NCBI RefSeq assembly: GCF_000142905.1 | Contig: NW_013657621.1 | Span: forward strand, 15,457 to 79,456 | Reading direction: 5' to 3' | DNA length: 64,000 bases | Source of the DNA: Thecamonas trahens ATCC 50062 | Taxonomy: Eukaryota > Protista > Apusomonadida | Shown: piece by piece, positions 21,601 through 31,142 of the stretch | Layout of the letters: each line of letters begins with the position of its first letter | Numbering within the stretch: position 1 is the stretch's first letter | Translations under genes and position numbers: made by a program | Notes under the pieces: generated by a model | The model's input: the letters and a program-made list of their open reading frames with translations, nothing else | Databases searched by the model: none | What the model was told of the DNA's origin: nothing

Positions 21601-24600
21601 ATGGAGTGGAGCGTATGGAGGATATGTGGTGTGGTTTTGGTGCTTGTGGGACTGGTAAACCAGGCAGGAGCGGTGTGCCATTGGTGCAATGTCTCGCTGC
21701 CACAACAAGTCGCCGTCCGTGTCTCCCGCCTCTCGACGCGCCGCTCGTCTTTTTTCGAGTCGGGCGCCGTGGCCATGCTCCGCGGTCTTCCTCGGACCAA
21801 ACTGCCTGCTGCTGAGCTTGCTGCCGGATCTTTTTCGGCTGAAGCTCTAGTCGCCTATGTCAAGGACATTCTCATCTTGATCCTTCTCTCGGCGGTGCTG
21901 ACTCTGGCTGCATGCTGCACTCCGTGCTGGTTTTATTCTTGCAGACGATGCGGGGCCAGCCGATGCTGTGGTGGTTCGGCTCCCAATCGCTCAGGCTGCA
22001 ATCTCTTTCCCATGCGCGACAAGCCGTGTCGCGGCTACTCCAAGAAAGAGCGCAGACTGCCGGCGGCTGCCATGACTGCCGCCGTCATCATCATCTTCTC
22101 CGCCGTCTCCTCGGGCACCTATTACAACGAGGTTGTCCATCAGGGCGTCGGCGATGTCTTTGACGACGCCCTCCTCGGCGCCACCGCCGTCAGCCAACAT
22201 GTCAACTTTATGGCTGACCTTGTCGAGGCGCTTGGCCTCGACGTCCAGGACGAGGTCGCCGCCGGCATTCCCGTCATCCTCGCCTCGGCCGCCAACACCT
22301 CGTTTGGTCTCGAGATCGAGGACTCGCTCTCGAACGAACTTGACGCACTCACGGGCTCCATCACCGACTGGATCGACGCGTCGACCCGCTCAGAGTCGGA
22401 CGAGTCGGCGGCCAGAACTCGGGCGTCGAGCGCCCACGCCGCCAACAGTGACGCACACGCCGCCCTCCAGCAAGCGCTCACGCCGCTGCTTGCCGCGCCC
22501 TCAGTCTCGCTCACGTTCGAGACAATATCATCAGGAAGCGTGACGCGCTCGTTCCCACGGCCGTACCCTGCACTCGCTGCCCAGCCGCTGCGGCCGGTGG
22601 CAAGTGCCGGCGACGCTGCGCTGGCGGCCGACCTCGGTGACCTGCCGGGCGTCATCGGCCAAGTTGACACTCTGGACGCCGTCATCGACGAGCGCGTTAC
22701 GGCAGTCAACGAGCTGCTCGAGCGCCAGCTCACCGAGGCGTTCGACAGAGCGCAGAGCAACATCGGGAGGGTGGCGTCGCGCATCCGGAACGTCACCGCG
22801 CCCGGCGGCGTCGTGCCTCAGACCGAGAAGCTCCTCGGACGGTTGCAGAATGTGGTGGTCAATGCCGACCGGCGGTACCGGTCGCCAATCTTCTTGGTGG
22901 TGGCATGGACGTCGCCGCTGGTGGTCATCCCGTCGATTGTGGGCCTCATCCTCGCCTTTTGGTGGTTCCGCCTCTCGTGCCCGCACACCACTGCCGCCGT
23001 CGGAGCCTTTGTCGTCCTCGCCCTCGTCATGGTCAACCTCACCGTGTACCTCCCGGTTGTCCTTGTCCTCGACGACTTTTGCACCGACGTCGACTTTATC
23101 GTCTTCTCAGCCCTCGACTCGGTCGAGCCCAACGCAACAACTGCGCTCCAGACCTGCATTGCCGACGAGAACCTCTTTGACGCATTTGACGTCTCTGCCA
23201 TCATCAGCGAGCCGCTGGCCAGCCTACGCTCCTCACTCGCCGACCACCTCAACGCCGTCCTCGACGTCAACTCGATTTTCCCGGACGAGTCCATCACCGG
23301 CGCCCGCCTCGCCACCGATGAGGACACCGAAGCCACTCTTGCCCGCCTCGACGCCCTGGACGCCGAGCTCGCTGCAGAAGCCGCGTACGCCGCCTCGGGC
23401 TCGGCCAACGTCACAACCTACAACGACACCCTCGCCGCCGTAGCCTCGGCTGGGGACGCGGATGCGCGTGCGGCCTGGGAAGCCGCTGTGGGTCTCGACA
23501 TTGCCGCCGCGCTTGACGCAGCGAACATCGCTCTGGCAAGCGCCGGCTACGATGCGGTCGTCTTTACTCTCGCCAACGTGACCGCCTTTAACGCCTCGGC
23601 CTACTCGGGCATCGGGCCGGCAGGTTTCGAGCTCGAGGTTCAGCTTGGGCTCAACGCCACGCTGACCGCCGTTGCCGACGCGCTCGCCGACGCGGCATCG
23701 AACGCTATGGTGATCTTTAGCGAGAGCGTGCTTCCGGCGCTCAGCGATGCAGCCGCGGAAGCTGCGGCCGGGCAGGCAAGCTCGGGCAGTGCCCGCGACG
23801 AGGCGAACGCGGCGGCGGCGCGCGCGGAGGCATCAGACGTCGCAGGCGAGTCGATCGACGCCCAGCTGCGGGCAGCGCTGCAGTCCAACCTTGATGATGC
23901 AGCCGAGGCGGCGTTGGCCATGCTTGACCGTGGCGTGACTATTGTCATTGCCGCGCTCCGCAGCGCAGCAACGTGCCGGTACGTCGGCCGGACATACAAC
24001 GCGTTCAAGACCGATGTGTGTGACTCTGTTCGCGGCGGCCTGTCTGTCCTCTGGGGCACGCTCGCTCTGCTCTCACTCACGTTTGTCACCGCCATCATTG
24101 CCGGCACCCTGCTCTCCAAGCGGGCAGGCTTCCTCTACCCGGAGGACAAGGTCGTCTCCAAGATGATGGCCAAGGTTCATGGTCTGTCATCGCCGGCCGA
24201 CTTTGCCGCCGCCCACGATGCCTCGCTCCGTTGCGGCTGCCTCTCGCGGCACCTGGCTGCCGCTGCCGGCGCTGTCGGCCTTCATCGGTCGGCCTCGGCG
24301 CCGTGCTCGCCGGTAGCTGCTGCCGCTGCCGCCAACATGACCTTTGCCTCACTGGCGGTGACGACTGGCGTGGCGCCGGCACCTCACGACCCGCTGGCGC
24401 TCTCGCGTTCGATGGCTTCGGCCGCCGACATTGCCGCCTCGCGCACAGCAGGCTACTCGTCGCTCGAGCACACCGAGTCTGGCGACGGCGACGGTGCCGC
24501 CGCTGCCACTGAGATGCACTCTGACTCGAGCTACGCCTCCGAGTACGTCAGCTCGTCGGCGGCCGAGTCGGGCATCGAGCTCGACGCCATCCGCTTTGAC

Positions 24601-27231
24601 AGCTTGCCGCCGCCAGCGCCGCCGACGTCGCTTCCGGCACAGGACTCGCCGTCGTCGACGACGGGTCTGACAGCGTGGTCGGGAGGCAGCTCCGTGCTTG
24701 CCAAAGCCGCCGCAGAGACCGGAGCTGCCGAGGAGCAGGTCGAGGAGATGGAGGTGGTGGTGACAGACTCGGTGGGAGGATCTGCGCGGCTGGTGATGGC
24801 GCACGACCCACCGCCGCTGACGGCCGAGCTTCGGGCGGCCGCCGAGGCGCTGCTCCCGCAGACGGCCGATGTCGAGGCTGCCGAAGCTGCGGCGGCCGGT
24901 GCCGTCCACAGCATGCGGTACACCCCGGTGGTGGCGGTCGACGTGAGCGGCGGGCGCATGGGGTTGGGCTATGCACACTCGGCCGATGTGGCGGCAGTCG
25001 ACGGAAGCCCAGCTCGCCCGCAGTACCTCGCCACGATCGACGCCACAGGCGGGATCGATGTCAACGAGCTGACGGCGCTCTCGCTGCGGATCTACACCCT
25101 CGCCGAGGCGGTGAGCTCGGGCGAGCTGGCCAGCTCTGCACCGATGTGGAATGAGCTCCCGCCAGTGGCGACCGCGGTGGCGCAGCTCTCGCCCCTCGCC
25201 CGAGCGCAGCTGTGCGAGGCGGTGCAGGAGCTCGACGCCGAGGCAGCGCGCAAGCTCCGCGCAGCGGCAGACGCACGCAGAGGAGTGCTTCGAGCAGGAT
25301 GGAGCAAGCCTAACTTGCGGATGATGCTGCAGCTGGTTGCGGCGGCGTGCGAGACGCCGCTGGAGGCCGATGCGCGGGTGCTCGCCGACTGTTGCGCCGG
25401 GCGTGGCGTGGCCGAGGACTGGTCGCCTGAGCTGGCGAGGCAAGTGGCGTGCTTCATCCTGGCCACGCACGCAGACCTGCCCGGGCTCGCGGCAGCAACG
25501 ACAGCGGCGTGTGGGTACGACGGCGAGCTCGACGGGCTTGTGGCCAGCTCGGAGTGGGGCGTTCGCGGAGCGACGAACTCGCTGGCGGCGGTGGCGGCGA
25601 GCGTCAGGGCAGCAAGCGTCAAGGCAGTGCTCGGCGATGAAGCCGAAGCCGCAGACGACGATGATGTGCTGCCACAAGCGGTTCGGAAGCTTGTGGGCGG
25701 CGGACGGCGGGCAGCGTCGCGGGTGCTGCATGAGGAGCAGGTGGAGGCCGACGCGCGCGCGCTGTACGAGGCCGGTGAGGGCAAGACGTTGACGACGGAC
25801 GTGCCTGTCTTTGTGGGTGTTTTTGTTCGAGCTTCGCCAGCACACCTCGCTGCCGTCTCCGCCGCCTACCGCAGCTTCTCGTTCTCGACGCTCATGGCGG
25901 CGCTCCGTGACGAGATCGACCCGCCGCTGCTGGACCTCCTCGCGGCGCTGCTGGATCCTGTAAGCGCGTGCGCGGCGCTGGTCCGCTACGCGCTGGACAC
26001 CATCAGGAACGACGGCGGCGCGCTGTTCGCCTTCCTGGCCACCCGGGCGCCACGCCCACTCCGCACTGCACTCCGCCCGGTCTTTCTGGAGCGGTTCTAC
26101 CTTCCGCTGCCGCGCGTGGTGTCTAGCGCGGTAGCCAACACGGCGCAGGCGGCGGTCGAGGCGCTGGTGGCGGCCGAGCCCGAGGTGGACGAGGCGGCTC
26201 AGGCGCTGCGCAAGCGCCTGGGCCAGCTCCATGTGAACGATGGCAAGGCCGTGGCGGCACTGGCGTCGCTGCCACGCTTTGTCCGGCTCGGGCTGGCTCT
26301 CGGCTACCGGCGATCGTACGGAGTGGCGCTGGCGACGGCGCTGAAGCAGCGGCTGGGGACACGGACGGCGGCGGTGACGGCGGCGGCGCTGCTGCCACGG
26401 CCGATAGCGGCAGCCAACGCGCTGCACCAATTGATCACCGAGGCCCGCGGCTCCAAGCACGCTGCCACTGCGTCGATCCTTGTGGTCTGCACCCTCCCAC
26501 ACAACGACGTGCTCGCTGCGGCGCGGGCGTACCGGCGGACATACGGCAGCGAGCTGCTGAGCGAGCTCGCGCGGTTCTTGCCCAAGCCACTGGTGGCAGG
26601 CCTCCGCGCCGTGGCCGACGCTGCCCTGCTGGACGTCTTCTCGGCGGCAAGCGCGGGCCGCTCGGACGATCTCATGGCGTCGGCGGCGGTGCTCCCGTTG
26701 GAGGCCGCGGTGGCCGAGGTGGAAGCGCTGAGCGCGTCCGGCAGGAGCAGCGCCGTGCTTGGTGCTGACGGCATTCTCGTCCCGCCGCTCTACGCCATGG
26801 TTGTCCACGCAGCCGCCAGGCGTGAGGTCGTCACCGACGCCATCCGACCGGTCCTGCCGGCTGTCGCGTCCGTGGCGCCGCTAGTGGCGCAGCTGGTGGA
26901 GGCGCTGGTGGACCCGGTGGCGTATGTGGGCAGCGCCGTCGTCGCCGTCGTCACGCGCAACGTGGTCAAGCGATGGTGGTCGCCCCACATCGAAGCGCTG
27001 ATACTTTCGGCGGCGGCAGCGCTTCCGCCAACAGAACTCTGGGCTCGGGTCCTTGGCGCCCACACCCATGAGCTCCGGCCGCGGCTCTCGGCTGCCCTCT
27101 TTGCCGCCCTCAAGCTCTCGCTCGACGGCGGCGCCGGCGGCGATGGGCTGGACGGCCAGCCAGGAAGCGACTCGACGGCCGAATTGGCTGACTACAGTGA
27201 CTCGATGGCGGCAACAACCCGGACGGCATAG
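21601..27231 (+). CDS. Prominin-like pentaspan membrane protein fused to C-terminal annexin repeats (~1876 aa)
   Basis: Signal peptide; TM1 followed by a Cys-rich loop (CCTPCWFYSCRRC..CCGG); TM2; large loop; TM3/TM4 plus DDFCTD; large loop ending TCRYVGRTYNAFKTDVCDSVRGGLSVLW; TM5. Annexin repeat DARALYEAGEGKTLTTDVPVFVGVFVRASPAHLAAVSAAY starts near 25750. Confidence 0.8.
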   Translation: MEWSVWRICGVVLVLVGLVNQAGAVCHWCNVSLPQQVAVRVSRLSTRRSSFFESGAVAMLRGLPRTKLPAAELAAGSFSAEALVAYVKDILILILLSAVLTLAACCTPCWFYSCRRCGASRCCGGSAPNRSGCNLFPMRDKPCRGYSKKERRLPAAAMTAAVIIIFSAVSSGTYYNEVVHQGVGDVFDDALLGATAVSQHVNFMADLVEALGLDVQDEVAAGIPVILASAANTSFGLEIEDSLSNELDALTGSITDWIDASTRSESDESAARTRASSAHAANSDAHAALQQALTPLLAAPSVSLTFETISSGSVTRSFPRPYPALAAQPLRPVASAGDAALAADLGDLPGVIGQVDTLDAVIDERVTAVNELLERQLTEAFDRAQSNIGRVASRIRNVTAPGGVVPQTEKLLGRLQNVVVNADRRYRSPIFLVVAWTSPLVVIPSIVGLILAFWWFRLSCPHTTAAVGAFVVLALVMVNLTVYLPVVLVLDDFCTDVDFIVFSALDSVEPNATTALQTCIADENLFDAFDVSAIISEPLASLRSSLADHLNAVLDVNSIFPDESITGARLATDEDTEATLARLDALDAELAAEAAYAASGSANVTTYNDTLAAVASAGDADARAAWEAAVGLDIAAALDAANIALASAGYDAVVFTLANVTAFNASAYSGIGPAGFELEVQLGLNATLTAVADALADAASNAMVIFSESVLPALSDAAAEAAAGQASSGSARDEANAAAARAEASDVAGESIDAQLRAALQSNLDDAAEAALAMLDRGVTIVIAALRSAATCRYVGRTYNAFKTDVCDSVRGGLSVLWGTLALLSLTFVTAIIAGTLLSKRAGFLYPEDKVVSKMMAKVHGLSSPADFAAAHDASLRCGCLSRHLAAAAGAVGLHRSASAPCSPVAAAAAANMTFASLAVTTGVAPAPHDPLALSRSMASAADIAASRTAGYSSLEHTESGDGDGAAAATEMHSDSSYASEYVSSSAAESGIELDAIRFDSLPPPAPPTSLPAQDSPSSTTGLTAWSGGSSVLAKAAAETGAAEEQVEEMEVVVTDSVGGSARLVMAHDPPPLTAELRAAAEALLPQTADVEAAEAAAAGAVHSMRYTPVVAVDVSGGRMGLGYAHSADVAAVDGSPARPQYLATIDATGGIDVNELTALSLRIYTLAEAVSSGELASSAPMWNELPPVATAVAQLSPLARAQLCEAVQELDAEAARKLRAAADARRGVLRAGWSKPNLRMMLQLVAAACETPLEADARVLADCCAGRGVAEDWSPELARQVACFILATHADLPGLAAATTAACGYDGELDGLVASSEWGVRGATNSLAAVAASVRAASVKAVLGDEAEAADDDDVLPQAVRKLVGGGRRAASRVLHEEQVEADARALYEAGEGKTLTTDVPVFVGVFVRASPAHLAAVSAAYRSFSFSTLMAALRDEIDPPLLDLLAALLDPVSACAALVRYALDTIRNDGGALFAFLATRAPRPLRTALRPVFLERFYLPLPRVVSSAVANTAQAAVEALVAAEPEVDEAAQALRKRLGQLHVNDGKAVAALASLPRFVRLGLALGYRRSYGVALATALKQRLGTRTAAVTAAALLPRPIAAANALHQLITEARGSKHAATASILVVCTLPHNDVLAAARAYRRTYGSELLSELARFLPKPLVAGLRAVADAALLDVFSAASAGRSDDLMASAAVLPLEAAVAEVEALSASGRSSAVLGADGILVPPLYAMVVHAAARREVVTDAIRPVLPAVASVAPLVAQLVEALVDPVAYVGSAVVAVVTRNVVKRWWSPHIEALILSAAAALPPTELWARVLGAHTHELRPRLSAALFAALKLSLDGGAGGDGLDGQPGSDSTAELADYSDSMAATTRTA

Positions 27232-28820
27232 TGGTCCGAGGGCGTGGCAAAGGAGATGGTGGCCGACGGCGGTGAGGCCGAGGCCGAGGCGGAGAACGGC
27301 GGTTCTGGTGGCGCGGCAAGGCCGAGAAGCGGCTCGGTGCCCATTCGCTCGGCGGATCGGAGGGCGATGCGGCGGAGAAAGACGCGATCAGGCCGCCACG
27401 GCTTGCGAAACCTGCGGCTACCCGGGTGGGTGGGCCCAGCGGCGGCGGCGGCGTCGGTGTAGCCCTCGAGGGCGGCAGCGAGCGAGGCACCCTCGGGCGA
27501 GTCGCCGATGTTGCAGTCGCCGGCGAGGAGGAGCGACGGCCAGAGGCCGATGGCCTCGACGCCGCAGCGCCAGGCCTCGAGGGTGTGGCGCGCAATGGCG
27601 ATCTGCATCTGGCGCATGGGCGCGGTGTCGTACATCGACTCAAGGTGGGCGGTGGCGGCGACGACGACCCGCGACGCGGTGCCGGCCACCCGCCAGGCGG
27701 CGGTCAGCAACCACCGGCCCATAACGGTTGGCAGCGGAGTGGCGAGCGCGAGGCCGCCGCGCCATCGCGACAGCATGAGCACGCCGTACTCGTTGAGGAC
27801 GTCGGCGGCGGTGTCTGGTGAGACACTCGCCGCGTAGCTGGCCCGGATGGCCGGCGCCGCGAGGAGGAAGGCGGCAAAGGCCGGCGTGGCCTCCTGGATG
27901 GCGACGAGGTCGGCGTCGGCGGCGAGTATGAGGTCGATGATGGCCGGCCAGCGGAGATCGTCGGCGTAGACCGGATAAAAGACATTGTAGCTGAGGATGG
28001 TGAGCTCATGGTCCCAGGGCTCGATCGGGTCTTCGGCCTCGTCGACGTAGACGGCGAAGTCAGGAGCCGGGAGCGCGGCGAGTTCGACTGATCGTCCGGC
28101 ATCAAGGACGGCCAGCTGGCGGACAAATCCCGGATTGGGCGCGATGGCTGGTCGGGCGGCCTTGACTTGGGCGTGGGCAGCGAGAAAGTCGAGGTCGCAG
28201 CTGCGCATGAGGTAGGCGATGACGCAGGCCGCCGAGCGGGAGACGCCCGCTGCGCAATGGATGATGACTGCGCGACCGGCGGTCCGGGCGGTGTCGATGG
28301 CTGCGCAAACGGCGTCGATGGGAAGCGCAACACAGGGCGCGTCAATGATGCCGATGTGGACAAAGTCTGGGCCCGGCGACGGAATGTCGGCGTACGCCGG
28401 CGGGGCCGAGGCGATCTCGGCTGCGACCGAGATGACGGTGACGGCGGCGGCCGGCGCGGCGCTAGCGGCCATGTCGATGTGGAACGGTGCGGCGGCGCCG
28501 ACGGCCGATGCAAGAAAGAGCGGGCCAAGGCTTGTGTCGTGATCAGCGTCGACAATGAGGTTGATCTCTGTGTCGACGAGGCCCGGCATGAGGAGCGCGG
28601 CCATGTCCTGATCAAGGACGACGTCGTCGATCTGGCCGATCAGAGCTCTGTCACGGACATCGGCTGCGGCGGCGAGGAGCAGATCGGGCGAATCAGGAAG
28701 CCAAGCGTCCGCAGCAGCGTGGTAGGCATACATGGCGAGTGGGGAGGAGGATGCGATCATTTCCGATGTGGTGGCGGCGTTGCGGGCGGCAGCGGCTGGC
28801 GAGGAGGACCACTTTGACAT
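27192..28820 (-). CDS. Dual-specificity phosphatase fused to an endonuclease/exonuclease/phosphatase (TDP2-like) domain
   Basis: DSP motifs VIIHCAAGVSRSAACVIAYLM and PNPGFVRQL; EEP motifs ILSYNV, IQE, TAHLES, AGDCN, RPDRVF, SDHYAV. Start could be 28820 or 28733. Confidence 0.88.
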   Translation of the reverse strand: MSKWSSSPAAAARNAATTSEMIASSSPLAMYAYHAAADAWLPDSPDLLLAAAADVRDRALIGQIDDVVLDQDMAALLMPGLVDTEINLIVDADHDTSLGPLFLASAVGAAAPFHIDMAASAAPAAAVTVISVAAEIASAPPAYADIPSPGPDFVHIGIIDAPCVALPIDAVCAAIDTARTAGRAVIIHCAAGVSRSAACVIAYLMRSCDLDFLAAHAQVKAARPAIAPNPGFVRQLAVLDAGRSVELAALPAPDFAVYVDEAEDPIEPWDHELTILSYNVFYPVYADDLRWPAIIDLILAADADLVAIQEATPAFAAFLLAAPAIRASYAASVSPDTAADVLNEYGVLMLSRWRGGLALATPLPTVMGRWLLTAAWRVAGTASRVVVAATAHLESMYDTAPMRQMQIAIARHTLEAWRCGVEAIGLWPSLLLAGDCNIGDSPEGASLAAALEGYTDAAAAAGPTHPGSRRFRKPWRPDRVFLRRIALRSAERMGTEPLLGLAAPPEPPFSASASASPPSATISFATPSDHYAVRVVAAIESL

Positions 28821-29059
28821 GGCCGAAAAAGGGCGTAAAGTGGGCAACCTGTTTGGGTGTGCAGGGCACGTGGGGATGAAGATAGATGGGAGGGAAGTGG
28901 ATGTGGTGCTCGGCGTGGGTGTGGAGAGAATTGAGAGTGGGGTGCGGTGTGTGTGGAGTGGGCAATGCCGGTGGTAGCGGGGGTGGAAGGGGAGGGGGAC
29001 GACAAAGCGACGGAAAAAAATGGAATGGAAGCGCTGGCGAAAGGGGGGAAGGCGACGTT

Positions 29060-30583
29060 TTAGGCGAGCGAGGGGTCGGGAAAGCCTGTGAGGGTGAGGA
29101 CGATGGCGATGACAGCGCGAGTGGTGGTGGTGAGCTGGCCGTCGACGTCGTAGCCCGGACGATCGAGGATGTCGCCCTCCTTGTGGTACATGGGGTCGCG
29201 GATCCAGTCGCAGTTCTCAAACACGCCCGAGGCCGGGTACTGCTTGCGGTTGAAGGAGGCCTGATCGGCGCAGCAGACGGGCGAGTAGCAGACGGAGACG
29301 TGCGGCTCGTAGAGCGCGATGACGGGCATGAGGATCTCGTTGAGGACGGCGTTGGAGTCGCGCTGGAGCAAGGCGATCTCCATGGTCTCCACTTCGGGCG
29401 GGCGGTAGGCGACCATGTCCGAGTTGATGTACGCGATGATGTCGTCGCCGGAGTTGTCAGCCCGCCCGGCGTACGCCTTGGAGCCGCGGCGGCCCTGCTC
29501 TTCGCCGGACCAGAAGCCAATGCGGACGGTGTAGTTGAGGGTGACTGGCGAGGAGGCGAGGACGCGGGCGACCTCGAGGTTGAGCGCGGTGCCAGAGCCA
29601 TCGTCGTTGGCCCCGGGGGCCGGATCTGTGGGCGACGAGACGTTGCGCGAGCGCGAGTCGTAGTGCCCGCCGATGATGACGTACGAGGTGTCGAAGCGGC
29701 CTGGAAGGGTGGCGATGACGTTGGGCGAGTATCTGTCGCTGTAAGGCCAGTACTCGACCTCGTACCCGAGAGTCTCGAGCTCGTGCACGAGCCAGTGAGA
29801 GACCTTGATGGCGTCGTCCGAGTACGAGTTGCGCGTCACAATGGTTGACGATACGCCGGTGAGGTACTCGAGTGACGCCCGGAGCTTACCGGCGTCGACC
29901 TTGTTTGCCATGCTGACGATGAACGGATCCGGCGTGGTCTTGGTGAGCATCTTGTCGCGGATGGCGGTCAGCCGGGCCTCAGCGTGCGCCGGCAGCGTCT
30001 GGATTGGGCCGTCAATGACCGAGACCTGGGCGTCGACCACGGCAGCAAGTTGGTCGTCGAGCAGAGCGACAGCAGGCGAGTCGAGGCCAAAGAGAGCCAT
30101 CGCCGGGGTGCGATAGAGGGCATGGCAGCCGACTACGGCCTCGACCTTGCGGCCCCACGCATCTGCGCTCTCACGCCCGTCCCCGGGCACCATCTCGACC
30201 AGCACAAGGCTCTTGTTCGCCGCCTCGCCAAAGTACTCCTCCACGGCACGTGTGACGACCGTCGCGGGATAGGCGAGGTGCTCACCGCGCGACGCTGGCA
30301 CGGTTCCGATGGTCACGTCGGCGAGCTCGAGGTAGGGGGTGATGATGGAGAGGAGAGCGGCGACCTGCGCCGATGATGCGTGGTTTTCTGTGGTTTGATT
30401 CAAATTGTTGGCATGTGCCGGAACCACACCACCCGCATGTGCCACTCGCCCTGTCTCCGGCCCACCCGCCGCACCAGGGGTAGGCACAGCCACGAGGATG
30501 GGCGCAATGGAGGCGCAGCAGGCGGCGGTGCAGGGGCAGGCGGCGAGGAGGAGGATGGCCAGGGAGTGGGGGGTGCGGGGCAT
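29060..30583 (-). CDS. Secreted M28-family zinc aminopeptidase
   Basis: Signal peptide MPRTPHSLAILLLAAC; motifs GGHYDS, APGANDDGSG, SGEEQG, INSDMV, ADQASF, YHKEGD. Confidence 0.9.
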   Translation of the reverse strand: MPRTPHSLAILLLAACPCTAACCASIAPILVAVPTPGAAGGPETGRVAHAGGVVPAHANNLNQTTENHASSAQVAALLSIITPYLELADVTIGTVPASRGEHLAYPATVVTRAVEEYFGEAANKSLVLVEMVPGDGRESADAWGRKVEAVVGCHALYRTPAMALFGLDSPAVALLDDQLAAVVDAQVSVIDGPIQTLPAHAEARLTAIRDKMLTKTTPDPFIVSMANKVDAGKLRASLEYLTGVSSTIVTRNSYSDDAIKVSHWLVHELETLGYEVEYWPYSDRYSPNVIATLPGRFDTSYVIIGGHYDSRSRNVSSPTDPAPGANDDGSGTALNLEVARVLASSPVTLNYTVRIGFWSGEEQGRRGSKAYAGRADNSGDDIIAYINSDMVAYRPPEVETMEIALLQRDSNAVLNEILMPVIALYEPHVSVCYSPVCCADQASFNRKQYPASGVFENCDWIRDPMYHKEGDILDRPGYDVDGQLTTTTRAVIAIVLTLTGFPDPSLA

Positions 30584-30639
30584 GTGTGTGAGGGGGGGGT
30601 GGAGGGGGGAGAGGAGTGGCTGGTGGAGGGGTGGGAGTG

Positions 30640-31020
30640 GTGGGAGAGGTGGTGGTGGTGATGGTGGTGGTGGTGGTGGTGATGGTGATGGTGATGGTGA
30701 TGGTGATGGTGATGGCGAGTGGTGATGGTGAGTGGTGATGGTGGTGGCAGTGNNNNNNNNNNNNNNNNNNNNNNNNNNNNNNNNNNNNNNNNNNNNNNNN
30801 NNNNNNNNNNNNNNNNNNNNNNNNNNNNNNNNNNNNNNNNNNNNNNNNNNNNNNNNNNNNNNNNNNNNNNNNNNNNNTGGTGGTGGTGATGGTGGTGGTG
30901 GTGGTGGTGATGGTGATGGTGGTGGCAGTGGTGATGGTGATGGTGGTGGTGGTGGTGGTGGTGGTGGTGATGGTGATGGTGATGGTGGTGGCAGTGGTGG
31001 TGATGATGGCAGTGGTGTGG
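30640..31020. repeat. (TGG/TGA)n triplet microsatellite around an N-gap (30753-30877)
   Basis: ggtggtgatggtgat arrays on both sides of the gap. Confidence 0.92.
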
Positions 31021-31142
31021 TGGCCATGGTGGTCATGGTCGTGGCCATGGCCCGACAGTCCCAACAACCAAAGGCAGGCGGATTTGGCCAAACTGACACT
31101 TGTCGCTGACCAGCTGCAGCCGTCAGTGCGGGCAAGCGGGGG

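Noticed and set aside
24349-26808. 819-aa antisense ORF and many similar Arg/Ala-rich ORFs throughout the window
   Set aside because: Expected shadow ORFs of high-GC3 coding sequence; no recognisable motifs.
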